Of a DNA stretch of 64,000 bases, positions 27,861-42,667 are shown piece after piece. The position numbers were made by a program, and so were the translations under genes. The first letter of the stretch is position 1, and every line of letters begins with the position of its first letter. The DNA comes from Eledone cirrhosa (taxonomy: Eukaryota): contig OZ024741.1 in the NCBI GenBank assembly GCA_964016885.1, positions 110,236,001-110,300,000 of the forward strand, read 5' to 3'. Below the pieces are notes generated by a model. It did no database searches. It was given only the letters and a program-made list of their open reading frames with translations, and was not told where the DNA came from.

Positions 27861-27946
27861 AATTGTTTCTACTTTTGGCACAAGGTCAGTACATTACTGG
27901 TACTTTATTTTATCGACCCCGTAAGGATGAAAGGCAAAGTTAACCT
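27861..27946 (-). mobile_element. SINE family A fragment
   Basis: Reverse complement of consensus. Confidence 0.85.
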
Positions 27947-28444
27947 AATAATATCTAAGATACAGTAAATACTCTTTACGCATTTATACGTTATACTATA
28001 GGTTACCTACTATCGGGTATATACAGGGTAAAATATTGTGTTGAGGCTTACAAAATATTGTAGTGTGTTGAAGGTATCACATCATCTTGTGTTTTGAGGG
28101 TGGCATATAACAGACAGATAACATTGGGAGCAGAGTGCAACAAACCATGCATGACATTGAGAGGCGGCAAAGAAATGGTGTAATATAGCAAAAGCAATTC
28201 ATAACGTATATTCTGGGCAGTGAAATGGAACCCGTACCCGCTGGCTCTGCCAAAGAATCAGTAAGACACACGGGGTGGGAGCTGGAAGAATTCAATTAAA
28301 TATACTCTCCACCACCATCACCAGCCCAATGTCATCTAGAAACAAATTAGATTTCTTAAAATAAATAATAAAAATTACGGAGTGTTACAAGATAACGTGC
28401 TCCTCTATGGCCAGAACAGAATGATTGGCGAGAATAACAGAACT

Positions 28445-29930
28445 GAAGGGTGGTGGCAGTGGGGATGGTAGAATGAGACGTGACTGGTTCTTGTGATGTA
28501 AAATTGTGGTGGTGGGGGTAACGGGGATGGTAGTTGTGGTTGTGGTGGAGTTGAGGGTGTTAATGGTTGTTGTTGTTGATATTGTTGTAGTAGTATTAGT
28601 GGCAGTAGCAATGGTGGGTTTAGTGTTAGTACTGATGATGATGGTGGTGGTGGTGGTGGTGGTGTTGATGGTGATGTTAGTGGTTAGTGGTGGTGATGGT
28701 GATGTTAGTGGTGGTGGTGGTGATGGCGAGGTTAGTGTTGGTGGTGTTAATGATGGGGAATTTTGGCGATGGTAGTGATGTTAGTGATGATGGCGATGAT
28801 GGCGATGGTAGTGGTGTTAGTGGTTGTGATGTTGCTGATGTTAGTGGTGATGTTGGTGTTAGTTATGTTAGTGATAGTGATGTTAGTGACATTGTTAGTG
28901 GTACTGGTGGTATTAGTTGTGGGGTGTTGGTGGTGGCGATGGTGGTAATGGGGTTGATGGTAGTGACAATGGTGGTGGTTTTAGTGCTGATTATGTTTGG
29001 TGTGAATGGCTCTATTGTTAGTACAATAATGTTAAAAGGTTGTATCTCAGTATGTTAGTGCTGGTGGGGATGGGGTGATGTTTGTGGTGGTGCTGGTAGT
29101 GGTTGTGGTGGTGGTTGTGGTGATGGTGCTGGTAGTGATGTTGGTGTTGATGGTGGTGTTAGTGATGGTGGTTCTGTTCTTACTACAATAATGTTTTCTT
29201 TATTTGTTTAATATGTTTAATATGTTCTTACTACAATAATGGAAAATGGTTGTATACTAGTACATACGTGGTTGTGGTAGCGGTGATGCTGGTGGTGGTG
29301 GTGCTGGTGGTAGTGTTAATGGTGGTGGAGTTAGGTTGGTAGTGGTTCTGTTCTTACTACAATAATGGAAAATGGTTATATGTTACTATGTTAGTGGTGG
29401 TGGTGGTGGTGGTGGTGGTGGTGGTGGTGGTGGTGGTGGTGGTGGTGGTGGTGTTAGTGCTGGTGCTGGTATTCATGGTGGCGGTAGGGGTGGGGTGATG
29501 TTAGTGCTGGTGGTGGCGTTAATGGTGGTGGTGTTAGGTTGGTAGTGGTTCTGTTGTTACTACAATAATGGAAAATGTGTATATGTTAGTATGTTAGTGG
29601 TGGTGGTGTGGTGGTGGTAGTGGTGTTAGTGCTGGTGGTGGTATTAATGGTGGCGGTAGGGTGGGGCTGATGTTAGTACTGGTGGTGGCGTTAATGGAGG
29701 TGGTGTTAGGTTGGTAGTGGTTCTGTTGTTACTACAATAATGGAAAATGGTTGCATATTAGTATGTTCGTGGTGACGGAGGTGGTGGAAATAATTGTGGT
29801 GGTGATGGTGCTGGTAGTGGTGGTGGTAGTGGTGGTGTTAGTGGGGATGGTGGTGTTAATGGTGGTGGTGTAAGGCTGGCAGTGGTACTGTTGTTACTGT
29901 AAAATGGTTGTGTATTTAGTTGTTGCAGTG
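28445..29930. repeat. GGT-rich minisatellite with recurring GTTCTGTTGTTACTACAATAATGGAAAATGG unit
   Basis: Motif recurs near 29015, 29170, 29225, 29345, 29548, 29720, 29885. Confidence 0.85.
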
Positions 29931-30099
29931 TCAGCAGTCTTAAAACAGCGAGAAGAACATTTGTCAAACACAGAAATTGTTTCCATTCGCAGGAATTTCA
30001 CAAACAAACTTTGTAATGTATCAAGATATATGGATTTTAACATCACGCACAACGGCATACACACGTGCATTCACATATGCCTATAAATATCAATGTATT

Positions 30100-31595
<1,496 letters not shown>

Positions 31596-31946
31596 ACATT
31601 TGTAGATTCCAGAGTTGTGTCGCCGGGTAAAAAAAGGTACTCTATAGGCATCTTTATTATATATAGAAATGACTTCTACAGGACCAGAATTGTTTTATTC
31701 GTATGAAATCAAATGTCTCTGACAGAATCCCTCTGATGAAAAGAATTTCTGGCATGATGGACTATCTCAGTTTATTGGGATGGTTATTATTGTTTCTTGA
31801 TTTTGTAAACTGCAGTAAGAGAGCTTAATGAAGGTTTTTATCTTTAGGTTGCTTACCTAAGACTGTATCCTTAGAGAAAGATGCCTGCGAAGTGTTCTTT
31901 TTAGATAACTTTACTGGGATATACCATCAGTGATTTTGTATAAGAT

Positions 31947-32019
<73 letters not shown>

Positions 32020-32516
32020 GGTTAGTTCAGATCTAGCTGTCGAAACGGCCGGGGTCTTGCCTCTTTTCCTATCCCTCTCTCTCTCTATATATATAGAGAG
32101 AGAGGGTGGAGATAGTTTATGTATATAGAGATAGAGAGAAAGAAGTATATATATATATATATAGATATACATATGATAGAAATTAAACCTTTTGATAAGT
32201 ATTCGCCTAAAATCGCCCCTAGTTTTATAAATTACAATCACCCAATTTAAGGGGTTCTTATTTAAAACAAAATCTTCGCCCATAATTCGATATTCTAACT
32301 TCAAAGATTAGTTTCGTGACATATGCCGTCATATTAATGCAATAATTAATAATTTCAATAAATCCTTCAATATAAACGGCGCTGTTTGAGATACGGTTCT
32401 TGACAATAATCTGGCTTAGATCTTTTGTTTACATTAGCTTCAAAGTAACTATATGTAGAAGTATATTTCGGAGAAGGACGTTCTTTTCTATGTATACATA
32501 CACACACACACACACG

Positions 32517-32609
<93 letters not shown>

Positions 32610-32679
32610 ATAAACTGGATGTATAAGTCTACATTTCATAATTCATAATTCACTTTTTAAACTAACACATAATCTGATT

Positions 32680-32710
<31 letters not shown>

Positions 32711-32714
32711 GTAT

Positions 32715-32754
<40 letters not shown>

Positions 32755-32760
<6 letters not shown>

Positions 32761-32870
32761 AATATATTGAGAAACACACAGATACATGCGGACACATACA
32801 TATACATGAATATATCCACATCCATCCTTGAGTTAATGGTGCCAACCTTAACCGATGTTGCTCTATGAAC

Positions 32871-32921
<51 letters not shown>

Positions 32922-33159
32922 ATGTTCGGTGGAATTCATTACATGCATGGTGCCAATGTTGGTTTGGTCTTACAGATGAATATTTCTCGGAAGATTGTTA
33001 AATCAAACCACTCACCTCTCTGAACTGACTTATTGTAACATGATGCCATGCCAACACAAACCATGGAGGATAATGGAGTGGCGGAGTGGTTCAGATTCTG
33101 CCTGTGGGAGTGTGTACGTGGTGGTGTATATAATTAAATACATATAAATAAATAAATAA

Positions 33160-33227
<68 letters not shown>

Positions 33228-33263
33228 ATATATATATGAATGTATATACATATACACACACAC

Positions 33264-33337
<74 letters not shown>

Positions 33338-33450
33338 CAATATATTTAGAAACACACAGATACATGCGGACACACACATATATACATGAATGCATCCGCA
33401 CCCAACTGTGAGTTAAGGGTGCCAACTTCACCGATGTTGCTCAATGAATG
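32755..33450. repeat. Dispersed direct duplication of about 115 bp (32755-32870 and 33335-33448), each after a (TA)n tract
   Basis: GAAACACACAGATACATGCGGACAC...GGTGCCAAC..ACCGATGTTGCTC shared. Confidence 0.75.
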
Positions 33451-33574
33451 ACCGGGACAGACCAATTCAGTTGAACCAGACTGAACCAGTATCAGAGTTA
33501 AAAATACATTATGAAGAGAGAAGAAGCATCTAGATATAATTAGTAATAAAATGCATCATACCTAAACTGCTCCT

Positions 33575-33780
33575 AAATTCCTCGACTACGTAGTTTTGGT
33601 TGATTTACTTTAGGGTGTCTAAGGTCCTGGGTACTGAATTTTAGGGCACGTTGGATTCCATTGTCAATTAGTGATGCAGGGTAGTCCCTGCCTATGAGTG
33701 TGTCCTTTAGTTCTTGTAGCCGTAAGTAGCAGATGTTTTTATTGGAGACTATAGTACAGATTCTCTTGGCTAAGTCATTT
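33575..33780 (-). mobile_element. Penelope RT C-terminal fragment
   Basis: LAKRICTIVSN...RLQELKDTLIGRDYPASLIDNGIQRA, typical of the Penelope thumb/linker region. Confidence 0.75.
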
Positions 33781-33887
33781 CTCAATCTTGGCGCAAAACC
33801 AATTTTTTATCCACATGACCTCTACCGACCACATGACCTCTACTGACTCTTTTCCTATATATATATATATATGCATATATATATATA

Positions 33888-34076
33888 TAGGAAAAGAGTC
33901 AGAGCCCCGACGGCTGAACTCCGGCCGTTTCGACAGCTAGATCCGAACTGTCGAAACGGCCGGAGCTCAGCCGTCAGGGCTCTGACTCTTTTCCTATTAC
34001 CCACTCTACTACCCTAAATATTGAGTACTTTGGTGCGTTATGGTCCACCTGGTATCTTACCACACCCGCTTTGTTA
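33888..34076 (+). mobile_element. Fold-back mini-element family P2 with hammerhead 3' half
   Basis: Inverted arms about 33888-33946 and 33948-33997; GAAACGGC-loop-GCCGTC; relatives at 14835-14880, 23028-23085, 32020-32072, 50003-50160, 61797-61990. Confidence 0.75.
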
Positions 34077-34684
34077 TATATATATATATATATATAATAA
34101 ATGTATGTATATATGAGTCCCGGGTTCAATCAGAGGTAACCACAGTAAGTAACGTACTCAATACATTAGTAGAGTATGTACAAAATTTAATTTAGAAATG
34201 GCTTCTACAGGACATATATATATATATATATGATAATAAGGGCGCTGCGGAGTTGCAAATGGGTTACATATGAAAAAAGTTTGTCCTTCATCAGTGATCT
34301 TCCAACCATCATAGGCATTTCATCGCTTTAAAGACCATATACCTCCGGTTGGTGCGAGCAACGGCTAAAAAAGTCGTTGGGACACGTAAATAAAGGGGAC
34401 GCGAGGGTAAACAAACAAAATGGTGAAGCAACAGAAAGTGAGGAAGAAAGAGACAAGTCCCAGATTTCTATGAATTTAAATTCGGTGAAATCGTGAACGA
34501 GAGAATAAAGACCATCAAACCTGGTTGAAATGTGAGCAAGGAAGGAATTTCGCACAGGTCTAACGGGAGGAAGAAGGGGTCTGGTCTGCGAATTCGGTAA
34601 ACATAAGTTCTGTGAAATCGTAGACAAGAGAGAGAAAAAATTCGGACCAGCTTGGCCAAGCGTGCGAGAGAAAAGAATTACACA

Positions 34685-34789
<105 letters not shown>

Positions 34790-35057
34790 TTTAAGACTAT
34801 ACAGAGCATTTGATGTTATTCCAAATTGAAGGATAAGTGTTTCAAATTTTATTTTATCATGAGTTAAAGGTCTATAGATTTTTCCCTGGATTTCACTAAA
34901 TTCTGTGGATGAATTTATATCCTGATTCTCTTTTGAGATGTGTTTGAGTTATTTTTCCTAAATCTTTCGTTAACTACTTTTCCCATCTTGACGTTATAGT
35001 CGCATATATGTTATAGAATGCCGTTAGCTTCTTGCTAAAACAATCTCTATACCTCTC

Positions 35058-35096
<39 letters not shown>

Positions 35097-35473
35097 GTGT
35101 AATTCTGTGTAATATATATATATACAATTGTGTTTATATATGTATGTATGTTTGTGTGCAATCAACGTATTTATATTTTCGCAAAGCCTGTCCAAGCTGA
35201 TCTTATTGGTTACGACAGGAAACGTGTTCTAAATAGTGTCACACCTAATATAGCCCGACTGCTGTGTTATAGTTAATGGTTACATCAGATAGAGAGGAAA
35301 TAGATTTTCTGGACTCCCTTTAGAGAAGAGTATGATATGGACAGCAGGGCGTTTGGTTGTTCCTGCTTTATGTTGTCCACCCACGTTGGATAAAAAGGTG
35401 TTAAATTGATCCTGCGTTCTTTTGCCACTAATTCAATACCGCAAAGCATTTCGTCTGACGCTTTACCAATAAT

Positions 35474-35952
35474 GTTTTCTTGATTAACCACAAGGGTTGA
35501 CACAAAGCATAACATTAAGGACAGCACGGGACGGTACAGGACGGTACACATGGGCATTTCTGCGTGTAAAGAAAAAGGAAACAAAAACAAAAGATGTAAG
35601 AAAAAAATAGAAACAAAGGAAAAATCCCCAAGGGGGGTGGGGGGGACAACCGAAGTTTACTCGTGGAGAAAGCCAACAAAAACCACGGTTACCTCGACCC
35701 CCAGGGAAAGTGCCCTCTCCCAGTTTTTCCACCACCAATCTACTGGCGCATACTCAGAGCAGACCCATTCACTCGGACTATGCTCGCCTCACTCACTCAT
35801 CTTCCAACAAATTACTGGGAAGGGAGCACCACCCTTCCACCCTGATTTTCCTTTTTCAAATGAAATTTGAAAAGGTTAATCAAGGCTTCGCCGAAGAGGT
35901 CAGTGCTCGTCTTCAGCCCTTTCAAACGTGTCCACCACACTATCTCTTTCGC
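35474..35952 (-). mobile_element. Diverged L1-Tx1-like 3' fragment (copy 4)
   Basis: Minus strand reads AKEIVWWTRLKGLKT..F.FHL..VNGSAL; ends CCCTTGTGGTTAATCAAGAAAA. Confidence 0.8.
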
Positions 35953-35974
35953 AATTATTAATAAAAATAATAAT

Positions 35975-36156
35975 AATTGTTTCTACATTTGGCACAAGGC
36001 CAATAATTATACTAGTGCATTACTGGTACTTTATTTTATCGACCCCGTAAGGATGAAAGGCAAAGTTAACCACGGCTGGATTTGAACTCAGAATGGCAAG
36101 GGCCGTAACTCTATGCGTCAAAGCATGGCGCCCGACCCTCTACCGATACTGCCAAT
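35975..36156 (-). mobile_element. SINE family A
   Basis: Reverse complement of consensus. Confidence 0.9.
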
Positions 36157-36249
36157 CCATGCCTTATAAATAAAAATAATAATAATAATTAGAAGAAGAA
36201 GAAGAAGAAGAAGAAGAAGAAGAAGAAGAAGAAGAAGAATGACATCTAA

Positions 36250-36430
36250 TTCAGACATAAGGTCAGCAATTTGGAAGGAAAGTTGATTAAATCGATTCCA
36301 GTACTTGATTGGTATTTTCTTTTATCGAACACGTAAGGATAAAGGTGACCTTGACCTCGGCGGAATTTGAACTGAGGATGTTAAAATCCTAAACATTTAA
36401 CGCCAAAACATTTTGCCCAACGTTCTACGA
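36250..36430 (-). mobile_element. Older diverged SINE family A copy
   Basis: TTTATCGAACACGTAAGGATAAAGG..CCTCGGCGGAATTTGAACT. Confidence 0.65.
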
Positions 36431-36849
36431 ATTCAAAGCCGAAGTTTACATTAATCAGGCCCCAATTTATACATATCATTGTTTTTTTTACATTTCAAAC
36501 AAAGAACTGTAAAGGGCTTGTTTCCCTCCCACCTGCTGCGGTGCTGCAATTGACCACGTGTCCTGCTCGATAAAGGCGATTTGTCAGATGACATTTATAT
36601 AATAATACTATAAACTTGTCGTCACCAATTTCCAAATACAACATTGTTTGTGTCAATCATAATTAATTAGAAAGTTAATCAGGTGCTTTATTGAATTCAG
36701 CTGTTACGGTATTCATGGTTTGTCAGCTTTCAGGTTTGTACAATATCATTTCCTTAATTCATTTTTCAGGCTCTCTTCAAGTGCACGCACATATATATAG
36801 ACAAAAACAAACACATACCCCCCCCCCTACACACACACATATATATATT

Positions 36850-36894
<45 letters not shown>

Positions 36895-36984
36895 AATGAG
36901 TTATTTGGTTTGTTGATTATTCAACAAAGTTAATTTTACAACAGATTATAAGCACTCAACAGTGTTTATTTGGAGTATCATTAA

Positions 36985-37245
36985 TATCAATAATATTAAT
37001 AAATGGAAAATATCTTTATAAAACCATATTTATTTTATTATACGTATTTCAAGGGTACTAATATTTAAGTAGGTTTTCGTCAGATAAAATATAATAATTG
37101 GTGTTAAGCTATGTCACTATTTTAACACCAATTATTATATTTTATCTGACGAAAGCGTACTTAAATATTAGTACCTTTGAAATACGTATAATAAAATAAA
37201 TATGGTTTTATAAAGATATTTTCTATTTATTACTATTACTGATAT
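36985..37245. mobile_element. Fold-back element with a hammerhead in each arm
   Basis: Arms about 36990-37107 and 37122-37240. Confidence 0.85.
37139..37197 (+). ncRNA. Type I hammerhead ribozyme, intact core
   Basis: ATTTTAT-CTGACGA-stem II (GTACT/AGTAC)-GAAA-TACGTA-TA-ATAAAAT; 7-bp stem I, palindromic stem III. Confidence 0.8.
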
Positions 37246-37249
37246 ATGT

Positions 37250-37608
37250 AAAATGTAAACAGAAATAACAACACAATCGTTACAGTATACGTAAGGTATA
37301 TATTAGGTTAACGCTTGATATAGCAGGAAGAGGGTCTTAACGTTTCGGACGCTAGTCCTTCATCAGAAGAAAAAATGAGAAATAAAATAGATTGAGGGGA
37401 CGGGTAGGATGGAGTTGGAAATATGTCTTTAGATAAAAATAACAGGTCCATTCATGTTGACATCTCTTGCAAAACTGTTGGTGCTGGCGTTTTGTGTATG
37501 ATTTGTTTTTAGAAAAGTGGATGATGGAGCACGTCTACCTGAAATGGAAAAAAAAACGTTTTGTAAAAAGAGCTATACTTGTGCGCGTGCGTAAGCATGA
37601 ATTTGTGT

Positions 37609-37696
<88 letters not shown>

Positions 37697-38165
37697 ATAG
37701 GTCCGTACGAAGCTAAGGAGAAATGTGTGTGTATGTGTGAGTAAAAGAGTGTGTGTACATGTAAGTACGAAGCTATGAGAAAAAGTATGTTAATAGAAGA
37801 GTGTGTATCGGCATGTATTAGTAGTAAGAGAAGCTGCTAATGATCAAGAGAAAGCGATAGGAATCTAGGGGTGTGATAATGGACGGGGTATTAGAGAAAT
37901 TGGGGAGGTGAGTTGAGTCCAAGAGGGGAATAGGACCCAAGACGGTGAATCAGACTTTGTTCAGTCCTGGTGCGCGAGGCTTGTGATCCATAATGTAAAA
38001 GGACACCCAGGAGTGAAACATGTAGGGAAGAATGATCAGAAGAGAAATGACGGGCGACAGGAGTATCCAAACCGAGTCGTATGTCCCTCAAATGTTCGGC
38101 AAAACGGTCCGTCATACGGCGTCCCGTTTGTCCGATATATAAAGACCCGCAAAGGGAACACCAGA
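37250..38165 (-). mobile_element. Penelope-like 3' fragment: GIY-YIG endonuclease, UTR and pLTR
   Basis: CGSLYIGQTGRRMTDRFAEHLRDI..PVARHF..EQSLIHRLGSYSPLGLN. Confidence 0.88.
37335..37370 (-). ncRNA. Minimal type I hammerhead ribozyme, intact core, downstream of Penelope GIY-YIG
   Basis: Minus: TCTT-CTGATGA-A-GGAC-TAGC-GTCC-GAAAC-GTT-AAGA. Confidence 0.85.
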
Positions 38166-38264
38166 GGGCATATGGCTTCTACATGACTGAAATTTTGTTG
38201 TATATACTCTACTATTGTATTGAGTACCTTACTCACTGTGGTTACCCCCGATTGAACCCGGGAT

Positions 38265-38463
38265 TCATATATATATATACATTCACGTGACATAGACGGA
38301 TGTAAGGAAGAGTACTCAATACTGAAGTAGAGTTCAAATATTCTTTATTATGTGCACTGTTGAAACTCCAGAGTAACAAGAACCACCACTTATCCATAAT
38401 ATAGAAAGAATACCTATGGGTATTCTTTCTTTATTATGGATAAGTGGTGATTCTTGTTACTAC
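38265..38463. mobile_element. Family P3 mini-element with nested inversions
   Basis: Palindrome 38372-38462 (GTAACAAGAACCACCACTTATCCATAAT.../...ATTATGGATAAGTGGTGATTCTTGTTAC); 38265-38352 is inverse of 18355-18410. Confidence 0.7.
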
Positions 38464-39740
38464 TTGAAACGTAAGCAGGGAGGCAGAGGCCTAACATCAG
38501 TCCAGACAACATTTGTGTGTCGCATCATATCTCTCTGACATCTACGATCCTCCAAGCATAGGAGCCCATCTATTGAGCAAGTCTCTCAGCATGAGACAGA
38601 TAATATCATGAGAGTTGGGAAGGATCTCTTTGAAAGATACTCTTTGCATGATAATAAAAAAACTCACACACAGGAAAATTGCCTAACCATACCGCAGTGA
38701 ATCCTACATGCTTATCAGCAAAATTTCATGCATGGATATGTTGCCATGAGGCTGCAGAGTGAGAGTAATATAGATAAGCAGAGTAGTCCATCTTGGACCA
38801 ACAACCGCTATATTGGCTCCCACTTTGAAGGGTATGCTTTTGCAATCCAAGAAAAGGAAATCAGTCCAAGATACCTGATTCACAAAAGAGATAGGGTGCA
38901 GGCAAAACACCTAGATATGACAACAAATGCAGAATTAACATTGAAGATATCACCCATGCCAGAAGCAACTGACTAAAGATGTCATCACGGTACCTATGAG
39001 GCATGATGTAGTGGCCAAATCACTATACAATGCAATCCGTAGAAAAGATAGCCCCGACAATAAACATGTTAAAAGTTCCAACACTGTGGAAGACATTTGC
39101 ATACATAAGATGAAAGAGTACTGGTGGAATGTTCCCATCAAAACTCCAATAAAATGGGAATATAACAGACCAGATATAATGATATGGGACAGGGAAAGGG
39201 AGGGGTGCACAGTAGTTGAAATCAGCTGCCCAGCAGATGCCAATATAATATCAAAGATTAGCGAGAAGGAGAATATCTATGCAGAACTAATGAGGAATCT
39301 GTAGACACTCCGCCGTGACTATACCTTCAGATTTATACCTGTGATTATTGGGGCACTAAGATATGATACTGACTGCCTCGGTAGAAATCTTGAGAAGCTG
39401 GGCTTCACAGAAACAGAAAGAACTAGTTAGGAAATTACAGTAAAATCCATTAATGGAACAGTGAAAATATGTAAAACATTCCAAAAATTATGCATGTAAT
39501 AATTGCATATACACTTGTACAGATACAAAACATATGCACATGTACACATGTAACTCAAAACATCCACATCCACACATACAGTAATAGCCATAACTGCACA
39601 TATACGCACGCATGCAGGCATGCATACATATCTACCTTGTTGATGTGTAAATTCCAATGAGAATGTATTGTATCTATGTTAGAAACTGACTCTTTCTCTA
39701 TTGGTAAAAAATTATCAAATTATAAAACCAGAAGAACATA
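38464..39740 (+). mobile_element. R4/Dong-clade non-LTR 3' portion (RLE endonuclease), decayed
   Basis: LKRKQGGRGL, FAIQEKEI, RHDVVAK, NRPDIMIWD..VVEISCP..EKENIY, PVIIGAL; ends AAAACCAGAAGAA(CATA)n. Confidence 0.88.
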
Positions 39741-40118
39741 CATACATACATATGAATATTAGAAAGAGTGAGTATGAGATGGTTAAGTCTTTTATGATTA
39801 ATGCAAAATATTACAGAAGAGGTAATAGAATCATGTATGGGAATCGAGCCACGTATGCAGCCCAACCACATAGACCACTACGCTAAAACCACCTCACAAC
39901 TTTTCAACGTCAAATATCGCGTAGCTATATGTCTGACGGCATTGTGCTCACTCTATATACTTAGATAAGCTGCTATCTTATATGATTGAGCCTATGTGTT
40001 ATAAACTGATTTGTAAGGTGGTTGTAAGGTTGTGTTTTAGATATATACGATGTAGAAAGCAATGTTATCCAGACAATAATAATTGACTTTACTGGTGTTT
40101 ATATTGAAAAGATTATTG

Positions 40119-40276
40119 TATTAAGAGGAGCTAATCTGAAAGGGGAGGTAATTGGCAATTAATTTATATATAAGAGAAAAAAAAACAACTATAAAAAAAT
40201 CACCTATACATTTTTTTCTCTTATCTATAAATTAATCGCCAATTACCTCCCCTTTCACATTAGCTCCCCTTAATAT
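40119..40276. repeat. Imperfect inverted repeat, arms about 65 bp
   Basis: GGAGCTAATCTGAAAGGGGAGGTAATTGGC / GCCAATTACCTCCCCTTTCACATTAGCTCC. Confidence 0.85.
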
Positions 40277-40907
40277 AGATCTCTAATTCACTTCCTGAAA
40301 TTAAACCGTTAGACAGATCACTCCAGAACAACTCGAACCCTTGATAAGATTGTAATAGGACCAATATACAATCCATAGTTGTAACTACTGATAAACATTT
40401 ACTAAAATATAACCAATGTAATGGAAAGGAAAACCTTGATATTAATACTCACAACACATGCACATTTGAACATTACCGGAACAATTATCGCACTACATCC
40501 ACCATAAACTTCATAGAAACTGCTTTTCATACCCAAACATCTCTGTCTGCTTAATATGCTTTTATACCTGTATTGTATTATGTGATACCTTTGCCATACT
40601 GTGATATATATGCTTAGTACCATTGCTTGTTTCTTACCTGGTTATTCTGTACATACCTAACACATCTGCACTCTTTCTATACGCTTGCATATGCACTGCT
40701 AATGTCATCGTTTTGCGAGTAACTTTCTTCTTTAATTCCTCTATAATTGTTGTATTATTCTTTTATAATCTTTGTCGCATCCACTGATACTGACCACATC
40801 ATCTTCACTCTTTAAATATGACACTGTTAATGACAACACTAACATCTATGTTTCTTTACGATTGTTCTGTGGAATGGGAGGTTAATTATATGTCTAAACT
40901 TTGCTGG

Positions 40908-40946
40908 TGCTCCGATGATTCCAAACCAAAGAAACGATTGTCAGCA
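40908..40946 (+). ncRNA. Degenerate minimal hammerhead
   Basis: TGCT-CCGATGA-...-GAAAC-GATT-GTC-AGCA. Confidence 0.5.
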
Positions 40947-40982
40947 ATAAAATGTTTTGAACATAGTTTTGATTATTCTGTA

Positions 40983-41018
<36 letters not shown>

Positions 41019-41026
41019 ATAAATAT

Positions 41027-41188
41027 ATAAATCAAGAAAGAAGAGTGACACGGTTTGCTATACAAAAAAAGGTTTTTAATCACATTGCTGACAATTGTTT
41101 CTCTGAACAATTCAGAGAAACAATTGTCAGCAATGTAATTAAAAACCTTTTGTATATCAAACCGTGTCACTCTTCTTTCTTGATTTAT
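41027..41188. mobile_element. Fold-back element with 3-nt spacer, hammerhead 3' half near apex
   Basis: About 80-bp arms; GAAAC-AATT-GTC-AGCA in each arm. Confidence 0.8.
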
Positions 41189-41355
41189 CATTACTCCAAG
41201 TGTTAACAACATAAAAATCACCGCGTACTGGCAGCATCACTATGGAAACGCCTTGTTGAGTCAAACTTAGCCAAGCGTTGATATCATCCACTACTCGGAG
41301 TACCCTAACTGGATTGCACCTAAGTGGACTACCTATAACAATAATCTGTTATCCC

Positions 41356-41430
<75 letters not shown>

Positions 41431-42317
41431 GCCCAAAAATCATCCCAACTTCAGAATCTTTCCCCTCTACAAATTTCAAGATAATGCCACCCACGCCCAG
41501 CGCATCAGCAAGGAATCTCACTTTATTAACAAATACGGACCCCGTCTAAACACTTCTCCCTAAGACGAACCCACAACATACACACGTCAACATACATACC
41601 TACATCAGCATACATCCTACATACATCTCTATCCACATATAAACACAATGACATACGTAAACACACATGTTCTATGGTGCAACTCAAATATACACAAATA
41701 TACACAAATATACACAAATTTGCATACCTTTTGATGTCTATAGATATAAACGTGCCGACACACACACATACATATACGCACACATGCATTGCACACTGAT
41801 GGGCACATACATATTTGTACACAAGTATTCCAATACCGCAAGGCCTAATGGATTCCCCTTGCAGTACGTACAATCTGGACACTCACACACTCACACACAC
41901 CTTGGTCTTATGCCAATACTATATATCATTTCACGCCTTTTATTATTAAGGTTTTTGTTGTTCTATTGTGAGAATCGTTTTTACCGAGACAAACCTACAT
42001 TTGGCGCAAAATCAATGTGTAACATTCACATGACCTCTACCGACCAATCAAAATTGTTTTGACCACAAGAATTTTTTCATACATCTGGAGCCACTTTTTT
42101 TACATAAAACAGGTAGAATTTCCAAAACTAATCAGATTAGAGCAAACATCACGGGCGCTCTATCTCAAAATTATTTTTGAAAAGCATTAGAAATGCGCAA
42201 CCGGTAAAACTTAAAACCAAAACTGAATACTAACCAATACTATTACTAATTTTTACTTATTCCTAATTAAACTATTTTTCATTGGGAACAATTTGTCAGC
42301 ATTTTCTTTTCCTTTTA

Positions 42318-42354
<37 letters not shown>

Positions 42355-42557
42355 AAATGTGTGAAATCCTTGGTACAGTTAGGTATATTTAAAAAAAAGG
42401 AAAAGAATGACTTGAGTTGTAGTTCTAAACAATTTGATTTAATTCTATAATATTATGATTTTACAATTTGGTTTTGTAGATATAGTAGGTTCTTTGTAAA
42501 CTTCGGTGGGGAGATTTTTAAAGATTCCTGGTTAGATTTACTGGAGAACTTTCCCGC

Positions 42558-42615
42558 ATTCGTCGGTGGCGATTGTCAAACTGAGATATCAGTTTGACAA
42601 TCGCCACCGACGAAT
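42558..42615. repeat. Perfect hairpin next to (TA)n
   Basis: ATTCGTCGGTGGCGATTGTCAAACTGA / TCAGTTTGACAATCGCCACCGACGAAT. Confidence 0.9.
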
Positions 42616-42618
42616 ATA

Positions 42619-42664
<46 letters not shown>

Positions 42665-42667
<3 letters not shown>

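Noticed and set aside
34285-34300. CTGATGA-AGGAC on minus strand as hammerhead
   Set aside because: No closing GTCC-GAAA downstream
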